A stretch of DNA of 64,000 nucleotides from Deltaproteobacteria bacterium (GCA_034670305.1 JAXMNT010000003.1:96001-160000); one strand, 5' to 3'. Counted from the stretch's first letter, positions 1-10,003 are shown. Made by a program: numbers and translations. The notes: a model not told the origin generated them from the letters alone.

Positions 1-30
1 AACGACGCGAAGCGCGGACCGCCGGGTGGC

Positions 31-216
31 TCAGCCTTCGTCACGATCGGTCGGTGCGTCTTCGTCGGCTTCGGCGTCGGACCCAGCATCGATCGGCGGG
101 GGCGGCGGGTTGCCGATCGGAACGCATCCCTGCGTCGGGGTGACCGCTACGGCGAGCCCGAGCGTGGCCAACAGACGTTTCACACTGCGGGGTGCGCGGG
201 CGGTCTCGTCGCTCAT
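31..216 (-). CDS. Small 61-aa putative lipoprotein, Pro-rich then acidic
   Basis: ATG-to-TGA ORF; basic N-terminus + hydrophobic stretch + TQGC lipobox-like; PIGNPPPPP, then DAG/acidic tail typical of myxobacterial lipoproteins. Confidence 0.5.
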   Translation of the reverse strand: MSDETARAPRSVKRLLATLGLAVAVTPTQGCVPIGNPPPPPIDAGSDAEADEDAPTDRDEG

Positions 217-270
217 GCCGCTCAGCCTACCAACGCATCCCGATCGAGCCCACCTTCGTGAGCACCAGCA

Positions 271-1962
271 TCAACGGACCGTGCTCGGCACCGTGAGCGT
301 CATGCCGTCCGTGGTGCGGTAGTGATGCGCGTCCTCGACGACCGGGATGAGCAGGTTGCTCGAACCGGCGGCGCTGAGCTGGACTTCCCGCGCGGCGACC
401 CAGCCGAGAGGGCGGCCGGTGTCGTCGTGGGCCATCATCATGGTGACGTCTTCGTCCTCTTCGAGCGCGGGCACCTCCTGCACGATGCCGGCCCAGTTCG
501 GACGCATGAAGGGGTTGATGCCGACGAGGTGGTGTTCGGTGGTCGGGGCCCAGGTGGCCGAGAACGCCATGCCGCCGGCGACCTGCACGACCCGGTCGTA
601 GAGCTTCTCGTAGTTGTAGTCCGAGAGCCACTGAGGCTTGCAGTAGCCCATCATGTCCTTGGTGCTCGGCGGGAAGAACTGGTCACCGCGGTTGTCGTAG
701 CCCCAGACGCCGATGGTGCCGCCGCTGTACGGGAACGCGGGGTCGGGTCCCGCCGCGCCGCCGCACGGCGCGTGCTGGACGCCGAACGAGTGGCCGAACT
801 CGTGGATGCCGCTGAAGCGGCTGTTCTCGTCCGCGTAGCCGAGCGCCAGGCCGCCGCGCTGACTCGAGAGGCTGCGGTCGTTGAGCGGCGCGATGCCCGC
901 GATGCAACCGCCCGAGCAGTACGAGCTGAACGTGGCGCCCGGGTTCACCAGGCCGATGTAGTACTCGTGGTTCGGCGCGCCGTCCGCCGCACGCACCGAG
1001 AGCACGTGGTTGAGGGCGTTGCTCCACTGACCGAAGCCGGTGCGGGGAATGGCGCTCGGGTAGTCGCTCGGCGCGCGCACCCGGAGGTTCACGTCGGCGA
1101 CCGGGAAGAGCGCGCGGATGTGGGCGCGGAAGGCGTCCATGGCGGCGGGCGAGGTGTCGGGGAGTCGACCGGAGCCGTCGCCGTTGTAACGGATCGGCAC
1201 CACGACGACGTCGAGACCCCCGTTGGTGTGGGCTTCGAGCGGGAAGGTCGAACCGTCGCGCGGGAAACGCGCGGTCGCTGCGCCGGTGCCGCCGTCGCGC
1301 ATGATGGCGACGCTCAGCTGCGTCTCCGTCGTGATGCGGGCCGCCGGCACGTCGATCTCGAAGAGCGAGTTCCGGTCTGCGTCGTTCGAGGCGCCAGAGA
1401 TCGTCGCTTCGTCGGTGTAGTAGTCGGTCTGCTCGCCGTTGACGACGGTCATCATCGCGGTGACCACGCCGCCCGACGAGCCGCTGGCGTACACCCGGAA
1501 TCGGATCTCGCGACCCGCGATGATGGGCGCGTTGTGGTCGGCGATCGCTCCGGACTGCACGAGGTGCACCTGAACGGTCTGGAACGCCGCCATGCCGGTG
1601 ACCTCCACGCCGGCGGCCAAGCCGAAACTCGGGGGCAAGGGGCCGGTGGGGGGCGGGTCCACGACGCCCCCGCCACCGTCGAGGGTGGGGCTGCCGGCGT
1701 CGACGCCCATGCCCGCGTCCGTGCCGGGGCCGGCGTCCACCCCGGGACCCGCGTCCACACCGGGACCGGCATCCACGCCCGGACCACCGTCGACACCGGG
1801 ACCTGCGTCTCCCGTCCATCCGGAATCGGGGTTGGCGGTGCCGGTGTAGCCGGTGGTCCAGAGCTCTCCCCCGGTACAACCCAGCAACGAACCGGCGGCG
1901 AGGATCGCGCAGACGGGAAGGAGGTTGTTTTTGGCGGGCAGAGAGGGGATTGAGTGTCGCAC
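271..1962 (-). CDS. Zn-metallopeptidase lipoprotein (M66/StcE-like)
   Basis: LLGC lipobox, GPGVDA repeat linker, HEFGHSFGVQHAPC zinc motif, downstream DMMGYC Met-turn; start estimated (GTG 1962). Confidence 0.75.
   Translation of the reverse strand: MRHSIPSLPAKNNLLPVCAILAAGSLLGCTGGELWTTGYTGTANPDSGWTGDAGPGVDGGPGVDAGPGVDAGPGVDAGPGTDAGMGVDAGSPTLDGGGGVVDPPPTGPLPPSFGLAAGVEVTGMAAFQTVQVHLVQSGAIADHNAPIIAGREIRFRVYASGSSGGVVTAMMTVVNGEQTDYYTDEATISGASNDADRNSLFEIDVPAARITTETQLSVAIMRDGGTGAATARFPRDGSTFPLEAHTNGGLDVVVVPIRYNGDGSGRLPDTSPAAMDAFRAHIRALFPVADVNLRVRAPSDYPSAIPRTGFGQWSNALNHVLSVRAADGAPNHEYYIGLVNPGATFSSYCSGGCIAGIAPLNDRSLSSQRGGLALGYADENSRFSGIHEFGHSFGVQHAPCGGAAGPDPAFPYSGGTIGVWGYDNRGDQFFPPSTKDMMGYCKPQWLSDYNYEKLYDRVVQVAGGMAFSATWAPTTEHHLVGINPFMRPNWAGIVQEVPALEEDEDVTMMMAHDDTGRPLGWVAAREVQLSAAGSSNLLIPVVEDAHHYRTTDGMTLTVPSTVR
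1700..1810 (-). repeat. Intragenic 18-bp tandem repeat encoding (D-A/G-G-P-G-V/T)n linker
   Basis: DAGPGV DGGPGV DAGPGV DAGPGV DAGPGT in the translation. Confidence 0.8.
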
Positions 1963-2119
1963 GCCCTGGGTAGTGCAAGGACCGTGCACACCACCGGCAC
2001 GCGGGACTCGAGCAGGCCGCAGACTGGGGGGTCACACCTGGGTGGGACCGGTGGACCCACCCCGCCGGGGGCGAAAACCCTTGACCTGCCGCGGTCTCCA
2101 CCGACAATCGGGAGCGAAC

Positions 2120-2545
2120 ATGTCCAATCCAGACTTCATTCTCGGTCCCGATGTCTTCGTGAACGCCTCCGTGGCCCTCGGCTCACCTCCCGAACACGTC
2201 GTCCGCCGTGCACTCGGCCCCAACAAACCCAAGACGAAGACCACCCAGTGGATCCTCGATCGGGTGGCCGGCATGCTCGGCAACATCGACGCCTTCAAGC
2301 CCGAAATGGTCACGGCCCAGGTCGGGACCATCAAGAACTTCGTCGAGGTGGTCGACGAGAAGATCGAACACGGTCCGGACGCGTGGGTCGAGGCGCTGGT
2401 CGCGGCAGCGAAGGCTGCAGACGTGAAGCGGGTCGTGACCGATCACCCGGATCTGGCGGACAAGGACGAGGTCGACGGGATCGAGTTTCTCTCGAGCGAC
2501 GCGTGGTTGGTCGAAGCCACCACGCCGCCCCCGCCTCCTTCATGA
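2120..2545 (+). CDS. PIN-domain-like protein
   Basis: ATG 2120 after GGAG; N-terminal ILGPDVFVNAS and C-terminal AAAKAADVKRVVTDHPDL resemble PIN-family pattern. Confidence 0.55.
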   Translation: MSNPDFILGPDVFVNASVALGSPPEHVVRRALGPNKPKTKTTQWILDRVAGMLGNIDAFKPEMVTAQVGTIKNFVEVVDEKIEHGPDAWVEALVAAAKAADVKRVVTDHPDLADKDEVDGIEFLSSDAWLVEATTPPPPPS

Positions 2546-2549
2546 ACGC

Positions 2550-3635
2550 TTGCGGGGCGGCGGTTTGACGACGGTGGGTTGGGTCGGACAGGGGGCAGCC
2601 ACCCTCGATCGAGCGTTCCGCGCCACCGTGCTCGCCAGGCGCCGTCGCAACGGACCGGAGTCCACGCTGGGACCCGTGGAGCGGATCCACGGGCTGCGGG
2701 CGATCGCGGCCGAGGTCGCGGCCATCCCGAACGACGCAGACTCGTTCTTGCCCCGTGCTTCCATCACGCCGACGGTCGAACGCATCGGGCGGAGCGGCCG
2801 GGCGCACAGCGTGCGTTTCGCGAGTCCGCACCGGCTCTGGTTTCGACCTTCGCCCGGCGAACCCGAAGCGCTCGAAGACCGGTGGCGCCGCTACCCGGAG
2901 AACTACACCGTCGACGCCCGCTGGTTGCGTGCGGGTCCGGTCGACGCGCCCGTCTGCTTGCTGCTCCATGGGTACCTCGGCGGCGTGCATGCGATCGAAG
3001 AACGGTTCTGGCCGATCGAGTGGCTGCACCGAAACGGCATCGACGCGATGCTCGTCGCGCTCCCGTTTCATGGCGCGAGGCGCCGAAAGAAACCCCGCAC
3101 GCCACCGCCCTTCCCTGGCGGCGATCCGAAGTTCACCATCGAAGGTTTCCGCCAAACGTGCGTGGACCTGCGCTCGCTCACGACATGGCTCCGTGGCGAA
3201 GGCGCCCGTGCCGTCGGCGCGATGGGCATGAGCCTCGGCGGCTACAGCGCCGCGCTGCTCGCCACGGTGGAGCCGCTCGACTTCGTCGCGCCCTTCATTC
3301 CATTGGCGTCGATCGCGGACTTCGCACGCGACGGAGGCCGACTCATCGGCACCCGCACCCAGCAGCTCGAACAACACGCGTTGCTCGAAACCATCCATGC
3401 GCCTGTGAGCCCGTTGACCCGTCCGTGCCTCGTGCCTGAAGGCGGCCGGTTGGTGATCGCGGCGAAGAACGATCACATCACCCCGATGACGCACGCGGCC
3501 AAGATCGCCACCCACTTCGACGCGCCGCTCGAGATCTTCCGCGGCGGACACTTGCTCCAGTTCGGTCGACGTGGTGCGTTCCGAGCCTTCGCCAAGATGC
3601 TGCACGCGCTCGAGCTGACCACGGTGGCATCGTGA
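2550..3635 (+). CDS. Alpha/beta hydrolase
   Basis: LLLHGY, PFHGAR, GMSLGG nucleophile elbow, C-terminal D and GGH; start may be TTG 2565. Confidence 0.8.
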   Translation: MRGGGLTTVGWVGQGAATLDRAFRATVLARRRRNGPESTLGPVERIHGLRAIAAEVAAIPNDADSFLPRASITPTVERIGRSGRAHSVRFASPHRLWFRPSPGEPEALEDRWRRYPENYTVDARWLRAGPVDAPVCLLLHGYLGGVHAIEERFWPIEWLHRNGIDAMLVALPFHGARRRKKPRTPPPFPGGDPKFTIEGFRQTCVDLRSLTTWLRGEGARAVGAMGMSLGGYSAALLATVEPLDFVAPFIPLASIADFARDGGRLIGTRTQQLEQHALLETIHAPVSPLTRPCLVPEGGRLVIAAKNDHITPMTHAAKIATHFDAPLEIFRGGHLLQFGRRGAFRAFAKMLHALELTTVAS

Positions 3636-4951
3636 CGAGGCGCATCGCCGCGGCCACCGTCCTCACCGCACTCCTTTGGGGTTGCGGCGGCGGACCCCGC
3701 GCCGGCGTCGACAGCGCCGTGCAGGGGCGCGACCTCGACGGAGCGCTCACGGCCTACGACACCTTCCGCGAAGTCGACGGCGCGGACGACGGGTTGCTCG
3801 CAGAGGTCGCGCGACTTCTGCTCGAGCTCGAAGCACTCGGCGACGACGAAGCCCGCCAGAAGTCCGCGCTGCTCGAGCTCCGACTGGCAGGCTCCGCCGG
3901 CCTCGCTGGCATCCGCCGGATCGCAGACTCCGAGGGCCGCACGACCGCCCGCGCTGGCGCGCTCGAAGTGCTCGCCCGGCGCGGCGACAGCCACGCCCGC
4001 GCGCAGCTCTATGCCTGGCTCGACGAAGACGACCCGCGCCTCGTCGCGGCCGCTGTGACCGCGGTCGATCCGATCGAGGAGACCGCGCGGCTCGTCGCCT
4101 TCACCTCGGACCCCGATGCCTCGGTGCGCCGCGCCGCCGCGCTTCGCCTCGGCGCCGCCACCGAGTCCGTCGACGCGATCCAGGCGCTCTCGCAGCTCGC
4201 CCGCGTCGATCCAGAACCGAGCGTGCGGCAAGCCGCCGTCAGCGCGCTCGGCGGTTTTGGCGCCGCGGCGACCGGGCCCTTGCGCGAGCGCATGGGCGAC
4301 GCCGAAGCGCAGGTTCGGCTCGCGGTCGTCCGCGCCTTGGTACGCGCCGATCGGGACGCCGCGCTCCCGCTCATCGCGCCGCTCCTCGCCGCCCCTCCGA
4401 GTCGCGCCGGCATCGAAGCCGCGCGCACGATCGCGCTGACTGGTGGGGCAGAACCGGGCGCCCCGATGCCGCAAGACGTAGAGGACGCGCGCGCGTACCT
4501 CGCGGGCGCGCTCGGCAACGAAGACGCCTCGCTCCGCTCCCAGGCGGCCGTCGCACTCGTCTCGTTGCCTGCCCACGAGGTCACCGACCGCCTCCTGATC
4601 GAGCGGCTCCAATCGGAGACCGATCCCGGCGTCCGTCTCGGCCTCGCCCGTGCGCTTCAGGACCGCGACGTCGGCGGCGCCGAAGCCGACGCGGTGCTCG
4701 AAGCCTTGCTCGAGGGCGATGGCATGCCGGCCGTGCAAGCCGCCGCCATCCTCTCGGTCGAAGGCCGCGAAGCCGCCCTCGCCCGCCTCGAAGCCGCCCT
4801 CGCCGCCGACGAACCCATGTTCCGCCGCGTCGCCGCCCGCGCACTCGCCCGCGACGCCGGCCGCCCGGACTCGGTGCGCCACGCGATGCGCGACCCCGAC
4901 CCCATGGTCCGCATCCACGCCGCCGGCGGCATCCTCGCCGCGTCGAACTAA
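3632..4951 (+). CDS. HEAT-repeat lipoprotein
   Basis: LWGC lipobox; repeated D-x-x-x-x-VR-x-AA units (DPDASVRRAAA, DPEPSVRQAAV, DAEAQVRLAVV); GTGA overlap with upstream stop. Confidence 0.8.
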   Translation: MTRRIAAATVLTALLWGCGGGPRAGVDSAVQGRDLDGALTAYDTFREVDGADDGLLAEVARLLLELEALGDDEARQKSALLELRLAGSAGLAGIRRIADSEGRTTARAGALEVLARRGDSHARAQLYAWLDEDDPRLVAAAVTAVDPIEETARLVAFTSDPDASVRRAAALRLGAATESVDAIQALSQLARVDPEPSVRQAAVSALGGFGAAATGPLRERMGDAEAQVRLAVVRALVRADRDAALPLIAPLLAAPPSRAGIEAARTIALTGGAEPGAPMPQDVEDARAYLAGALGNEDASLRSQAAVALVSLPAHEVTDRLLIERLQSETDPGVRLGLARALQDRDVGGAEADAVLEALLEGDGMPAVQAAAILSVEGREAALARLEAALAADEPMFRRVAARALARDAGRPDSVRHAMRDPDPMVRIHAAGGILAASN

Positions 4952-5190
4952 CAACGTAACGAGCATCAACGCCAACCGAACATTGAAGGCTGAACTGGGG
5001 TGACTAGGCCATGCCCGGCCTCTGCCCCTGCCCTGGTCAGAACCGAACCGGCGGCCGAACTGGTCCCGTTAGATTCGTAGGCTGAAGTCAGGCGGCTGTG
5101 GGCTGTATGCCACAACTGAACCCAAGCTCCCCCAAAAACCTCAGTGTTTGATCTGGAACGAAGTGTGCACTCCCCCAGGCGGGAGGGGAC

Positions 5191-7959
5191 ATGGGAAGAC
5201 TGATTTCGATCGGCTTGGTCGGCTTGGTCGTCTGGGTTGCGGGGTGCAGCGCGAACGAAGTGGGGATGGTGCGACAAGCCCTGACCGACGGTTCCGTCGG
5301 AGATGCGGGGCTCGATCCCGGCACCCAATGCACCCGAACACCAGATGGCTGGCTGGCATGGTGCGCGGAGAACACCAGCTCCGCGCTTGCCTCCGAGTGC
5401 TCCGCATTACTCACCACGGATGATCCCGAACTCGCCGCCCTTTCACTCAACCTAAGGGCGTCCGAGTTGGGGCTATTCCCGACTGGTCTGGACACCCTCC
5501 GATTTGCTCATGTCGCCAGGAGCTTCGCGACGGTCGGGGAGTGGTTCGACCACTTAGTGTCGATGGAAACAGCCGAGCGGACCCGGTTCTCAGAGTTCGC
5601 GTCTCAAGCAAACCGAGCGTTCCTGAACTGCGAAGACTCTGAAGTTCTGCTGCCCTCCAGAACAAGGCCAGTGTGCTATCCGGATGCTACGGTCTCTGAG
5701 TTGGTGGGTGCGGAGGGCTTCGTATGTAGCGCATTCGACTCTGAGTGTGCGGTTGGAGAACTCCGCGGCAGTTGCTGTCATGCTTCCTATCGTCCCAATG
5801 GCATGCCCTGCGACGCCGGAGCCGGCCAATGTGTGGCCGGAGCCTGTCGGCCGAACGCGGAGATCCCCGACCTCAGTGCTCCCCAGCTCAACCACTCTAC
5901 GGTTGGGTCGGAGCACCACATCGACGTCGCGTCTGGCGGTCGCGCGTCGCTGTCCTTTCCAGACTATCCCGCGGGACGCACCGTCCGGATCGCGCTGGAC
6001 GGGGAACCGATGGTGGACCTCGACCCCGGCGATGAGACCCTCGTGTTGGCTCAGGTCCGCGTGGGTCGTACCGCGGACGGCATTCACAGCGTCCTCACCC
6101 CCGCGATCGTCACCACCACCCTGATCCTCCCCGAAGCCGACGAGGTCTGCATTCTGAACGATGACCCCAGCGATCCGAGTCCCTCGCCGCTTGATTGCTC
6201 GACCCGAGGCCTGCGGGTTTTGTGCCCGTCTTCGGATGGCGACGTCGAGTGCGTCACAGAAGACGGTCGTTCACGAGTCACAGCACCGAACCTCTTTGCC
6301 GCATGGCCAATGAGCGCGTCCTCCTCCGCCCCGCAACGTCAAGCGATGAACTCCACGTGGCTGTGCACAAGCCACCTGCCTGCGCTCGGCGCGCTCTGTG
6401 TGAATGACCTGCCCTGGCGTCCAGGCTGTTTCCCCCCGGGGAGCAAGGGCTCATGCGTCATGCCGTGCAACAAGCCGGGTTTCCGCGAGTGTGCTGTGTT
6501 CGGTTCCTGGTCGACCTGCGTCCCGTTCAGCGGGCTTCCGCTTTACAACGACATCACGCGCGGCGTGGACGAATGCGACGGGCTAGACAACGACTGCGAT
6601 GGCGACGTCGACGAGCACTCCACCTGCGACGACGGCCTCACCTGCACCGACGACGTGTGTCTTCTCGGGACCTGTGTGGGCGCTCGCAACGACACGTGCG
6701 CCACCCCGTTCACCGAATCCGACGCAAGCTGCTCGGTTTGGAGGTGCGCACAGAACCCGCTCCCGGATGGACCAGTGCCCGGATCGGGTTTCCCGGGCGT
6801 CGACGTCACCCATGTCGGTGATCCGCGCTGCGAAGTTTTTCTCCGGCACGGAGAGTGTACCGATCGGGATGGATGCGACTGCAACGGCCACGAGCGGTGC
6901 TCTCCAATCTCCGACGGAGTCGGTACGGACGGGGACGGCTGCTACGCCGCGGACCCGCCCCCATGCAACGAAGACGGCGACCTCTGCACGCTGGAGCCAT
7001 GCTGCGCCGACGCTGACCAAGCCGCCAACTGCCTCAACACAATGGACCCGGAGCAGCTCGAAGCCTACCGCCGCGGCTGTAGGATTGGAGAGGCCCTTGG
7101 TCGAACCTACGAAGCGCCCTGGAGCCCCTCCGATTCAAGTCGACAAGTCACATGCGTCTCAGACGTAAGCGTCGAACGAACGTGCGAGGACCTGAACGAT
7201 TGTACTGTTGATAGCTGCACGTCTGCGACTGGGAGCTGCAACAACAACGCAAAAATCGAGGGCACATCCTGCGCTATCGGCCTGGAATCGCCGCACACCT
7301 GCCGAGCCCGGCGCTGCGACGCCGACGCACGTTGTCTCCACAGCCCCGATCCGCCCGACCAGCGCGAGTGCGGGGCAGTGGAAGTGGACGGTCCCCCAGA
7401 GGATGCATTGCTCTACGAACTCGAACGGGACCCGTACAACGCCCCCGAGGACGAGATCACGTACACCGCGACCTGCCCGGGGGTCTGGTTCCCCCGTGAG
7501 GTCGCCCTTGCAAGTTGCCATACGGGGGCGTGCACACTGTTCGACGGGAGATGCGTAGTCAACAGTGGGTACCTCGGGTGCCCCGAGGCCGGACCTACCT
7601 TGGGGTGCTTGGAGTCCTTCTGCACCGACCGCACGGATGTCAGCTACCCGGGCCTCCCGTGCGATGAAGCCTGTCCCGCGCCATGCGACAACCCAGACGC
7701 CGACACCCGCGCGCCCGTGATTGGTTGCGACCTGCGCCCCAACTTCCGAAACTGCATCCCGCCCGGTAATGAGTGCCTGCGAGATTTCGAGTGTGCCAGC
7801 GACGGGACATGCAGCTCCATTCCGGACCATGCGTTCTGTCGCAACAACCACCCAGAGCTCAGGCGCAACTGCGACCCAGGTGGACCCCCGAGCGAACCGC
7901 GAGAACCCACGTGTGAACCGACTACGGGACGCTGTATGGCAGACCCATGCATCGGATAG
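5191..7959 (+). CDS. Large Cys-rich lipoprotein with putative metal-binding (MopE-like) and Dictyostelium-type Cys repeats
   Basis: GGAGG RBS; VAGC lipobox; ECDGLDNDCDGDVDE, CDDGLTCTDDVC, CEDLNDCTVDSC motifs. Confidence 0.75.
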   Translation: MGRLISIGLVGLVVWVAGCSANEVGMVRQALTDGSVGDAGLDPGTQCTRTPDGWLAWCAENTSSALASECSALLTTDDPELAALSLNLRASELGLFPTGLDTLRFAHVARSFATVGEWFDHLVSMETAERTRFSEFASQANRAFLNCEDSEVLLPSRTRPVCYPDATVSELVGAEGFVCSAFDSECAVGELRGSCCHASYRPNGMPCDAGAGQCVAGACRPNAEIPDLSAPQLNHSTVGSEHHIDVASGGRASLSFPDYPAGRTVRIALDGEPMVDLDPGDETLVLAQVRVGRTADGIHSVLTPAIVTTTLILPEADEVCILNDDPSDPSPSPLDCSTRGLRVLCPSSDGDVECVTEDGRSRVTAPNLFAAWPMSASSSAPQRQAMNSTWLCTSHLPALGALCVNDLPWRPGCFPPGSKGSCVMPCNKPGFRECAVFGSWSTCVPFSGLPLYNDITRGVDECDGLDNDCDGDVDEHSTCDDGLTCTDDVCLLGTCVGARNDTCATPFTESDASCSVWRCAQNPLPDGPVPGSGFPGVDVTHVGDPRCEVFLRHGECTDRDGCDCNGHERCSPISDGVGTDGDGCYAADPPPCNEDGDLCTLEPCCADADQAANCLNTMDPEQLEAYRRGCRIGEALGRTYEAPWSPSDSSRQVTCVSDVSVERTCEDLNDCTVDSCTSATGSCNNNAKIEGTSCAIGLESPHTCRARRCDADARCLHSPDPPDQRECGAVEVDGPPEDALLYELERDPYNAPEDEITYTATCPGVWFPREVALASCHTGACTLFDGRCVVNSGYLGCPEAGPTLGCLESFCTDRTDVSYPGLPCDEACPAPCDNPDADTRAPVIGCDLRPNFRNCIPPGNECLRDFECASDGTCSSIPDHAFCRNNHPELRRNCDPGGPPSEPREPTCEPTTGRCMADPCIG

Positions 7960-9008
7960 CCTGGCTTTGGTTGGCTGCTCTGTTTGGGTGCGGCGATCCC
8001 ATTTCAGTGGAGCTGGTGGAAGAGGGGTCTTTCGACTCACCGTTTGCAACGGTGAACGTTCAAATTGCCCCTGACTTCGATGGCGACGGGGCCAATGAAC
8101 TGTTCCTCATGACCCGTGAGGCCATGGTCAACCACTGGTACCTGATCTCTAGAGCCGGAGATCGAATGCTTGAGTTCGACTCCTGGCCCGAAGCTTGTTT
8201 GGGTGACATTGGCCCAGATGCAGATGGCGACGGACTCCCAGACGCCGCGCTCGCTTCCACGTCGGACCAGCAGTTTGGCGTCGTCGGAGGGTCCGGTGAG
8301 GTTGTCTGGGCACTGCGTAGCGAGGAAGAATGTGCCGGGCTGTACGGACTTGACCTCGGCGCCGACATCAACGGCGACGGCCTGGCCGACCTCGCCATGG
8401 TCGTCAAATGCACTCCGGCAATGGTTGAACTACGTGCCGGAAATACTGGGGCACTACTGGCTACCCAACCACTAGGGCACGGGCGAGACGGTTCTCGCTT
8501 GCGTCAACCGGTCTCGTTTACCACCGACCGTAACGGGGATGGGATCCCTGATGTGCTGGTGTCTCGACGCGACGGCTACACCATCTTCTCTGGCCGAGAT
8601 CTGACCCCCTTGTTTGAAGTTGAAGTAGCCGATCGAACCTACTGCCCTGCGGACCAGGCTGGACTCGACCTGGACGGCGACGGAGACGCGACTGACGCGG
8701 TGTGCCACCGTGTGTTCGACCGCGCCCAGAGTTCGGTGTTCGTTGCAGGCAGGCTCATTCCACTCGAAGCAGTCGGTGTCCCAATCCACGTCTGGGACAT
8801 GAACCGCGATGGCCTTGGGGAAATCGCGGTGCTCGACTACGAAACCAATCAGCTCCGGATCTTCGACGTGTGGGGAACGAATCTGTTTCGGATGCCATGG
8901 GGCGAAGCCACCCAGGGCTACGAGCCCTCTGGGGTCCTGGGTTCGGAGGGTGCGTTCGAGTTGGTCGCCCCTACCGTTGACGAGATCCGGTTCTTTGGAC
9001 AGCCATGA
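7947..9008 (+). CDS. FG-GAP/VCBS-repeat (integrin-like beta-propeller) lipoprotein
   Basis: LFGC lipobox; repeated DxDGDG/DxNGDG loops (DFDGDG, DADGDG, DINGDG, DRNGDG, DLDGDG, DMNRDG); overlaps upstream stop. Confidence 0.8.
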   Translation: MHRIAWLWLAALFGCGDPISVELVEEGSFDSPFATVNVQIAPDFDGDGANELFLMTREAMVNHWYLISRAGDRMLEFDSWPEACLGDIGPDADGDGLPDAALASTSDQQFGVVGGSGEVVWALRSEEECAGLYGLDLGADINGDGLADLAMVVKCTPAMVELRAGNTGALLATQPLGHGRDGSRLRQPVSFTTDRNGDGIPDVLVSRRDGYTIFSGRDLTPLFEVEVADRTYCPADQAGLDLDGDGDATDAVCHRVFDRAQSSVFVAGRLIPLEAVGVPIHVWDMNRDGLGEIAVLDYETNQLRIFDVWGTNLFRMPWGEATQGYEPSGVLGSEGAFELVAPTVDEIRFFGQP

Positions 9009-9018
9009 TTCAGGATCG

Positions 9019-9339
9019 ATGGCGTTTCTGTACGCGTGCAGTGAGCCCATTTCAGTGGAGCTGATGGAGGAAGGCTCGTTCAGTTTCTCCAATCGCAAGC
9101 TTCTTCGTCCAGTGCGTGTATGGGATATGAACCACGATGGCGTCGCCGAAGTCGCTGTGCTCGACCGCGACACCAACCAGCAGCGGATCTTCGACGTCTC
9201 CGGCGCCAATCTGTTCCGGGTTCCGTGGGGAACTCGGGTTCAATCGCACGATGTCTTTGGCTCCCTGGGCTCCGAAGCCGGTGGCTTCGAGTTGGTCGCC
9301 CCTACGGGCGGCGAGATCCGCTTCTTCAGGCAGCCATGA
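9019..9339 (+). pseudogene. Internally deleted paralog of the preceding FG-GAP gene (106 aa)
   Basis: CSEPISVELMEEGSF matches CGDPISVELVEEGSF; remainder aligns with the last ~75 aa; both end in CAGCCATGA. Confidence 0.7.
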
Positions 9340-9683
9340 CCAGCCGGTGTCGACCACGGCGCTGGGTGTTCTGTCTATCTTGGGTATTGTGTCACAGCTG
9401 TGCAATGACAGCCGACCGTCCCGCGGACTTCCAAGAGTTCTGCGTGGCGGTCAACTCCATCGGCTGCGAAGACGCGGATCTCGAGACCTGGGGTTTCGGA
9501 CCAGCGGAGTGCGTTGCGATGCGAGAGGCTGCGTGTGCGCGACAAGACTGGGGGTGTCTGCCCGAGCCAACCGCCCACGAAGCCTCGACGTGTGAAGCCG
9601 AGTATATTGAGGTCCTGTACGGGGAGCGACCAGGCATGTTCCCAAGAAGCTGCGAGCGAATCTGGGCGTGCCAGGGCTGGTAG
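9336..9683 (+). CDS. Small Cys-rich secreted protein/lipoprotein
   Basis: ATGA coupling to upstream stop; signal-like N-terminus; regularly spaced Cys. Confidence 0.5.
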   Translation: MTSRCRPRRWVFCLSWVLCHSCAMTADRPADFQEFCVAVNSIGCEDADLETWGFGPAECVAMREAACARQDWGCLPEPTAHEASTCEAEYIEVLYGERPGMFPRSCERIWACQGW

Positions 9684-9712
9684 CCGGCGGTGGGAACCGT
9701 AGACCGGCGGCG

Positions 9713-10003
9713 CTACTCGGCCTCCACCAGTGCCACCGTCAACGCCGCCGCCGCCTCGTCCAGCTGCTGCCGCGCTTTGCTGAGCGTGCCGCGGGCGTAG
9801 TCCGGCCACGCCGCGACCAGCGTCACCGTGCTCGCAAGCTCTTCTACGAGCGACACGTCCTCCGTCGCGGCGACCTCCAGCTCCCCGAGCCGCACCTGCA
9901 GATCCGTCTCTTCCCGCCGCAGCACCGACTCGGTCGCTTCGAGCCAACGCGCCGCGTCGATGAGCGCCAACCGGAGCGCAGCGATCTCGTCTTTGTCCAT
10001 CAC
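9713..10003 (-). CDS. Hypothetical helical/coiled-coil protein
   Basis: 96-aa ORF with amphipathic Leu/Ala/Glu-rich sequence. Confidence 0.5.
   Translation of the reverse strand: MMDKDEIAALRLALIDAARWLEATESVLRREETDLQVRLGELEVAATEDVSLVEELASTVTLVAAWPDYARGTLSKARQQLDEAAAALTVALVEAE

Noticed and set aside
8770..9339. Diversity-generating retroelement VR/TR pair
   Set aside because: Mismatches are not adenine-specific, there is an indel, and no reverse transcriptase is present
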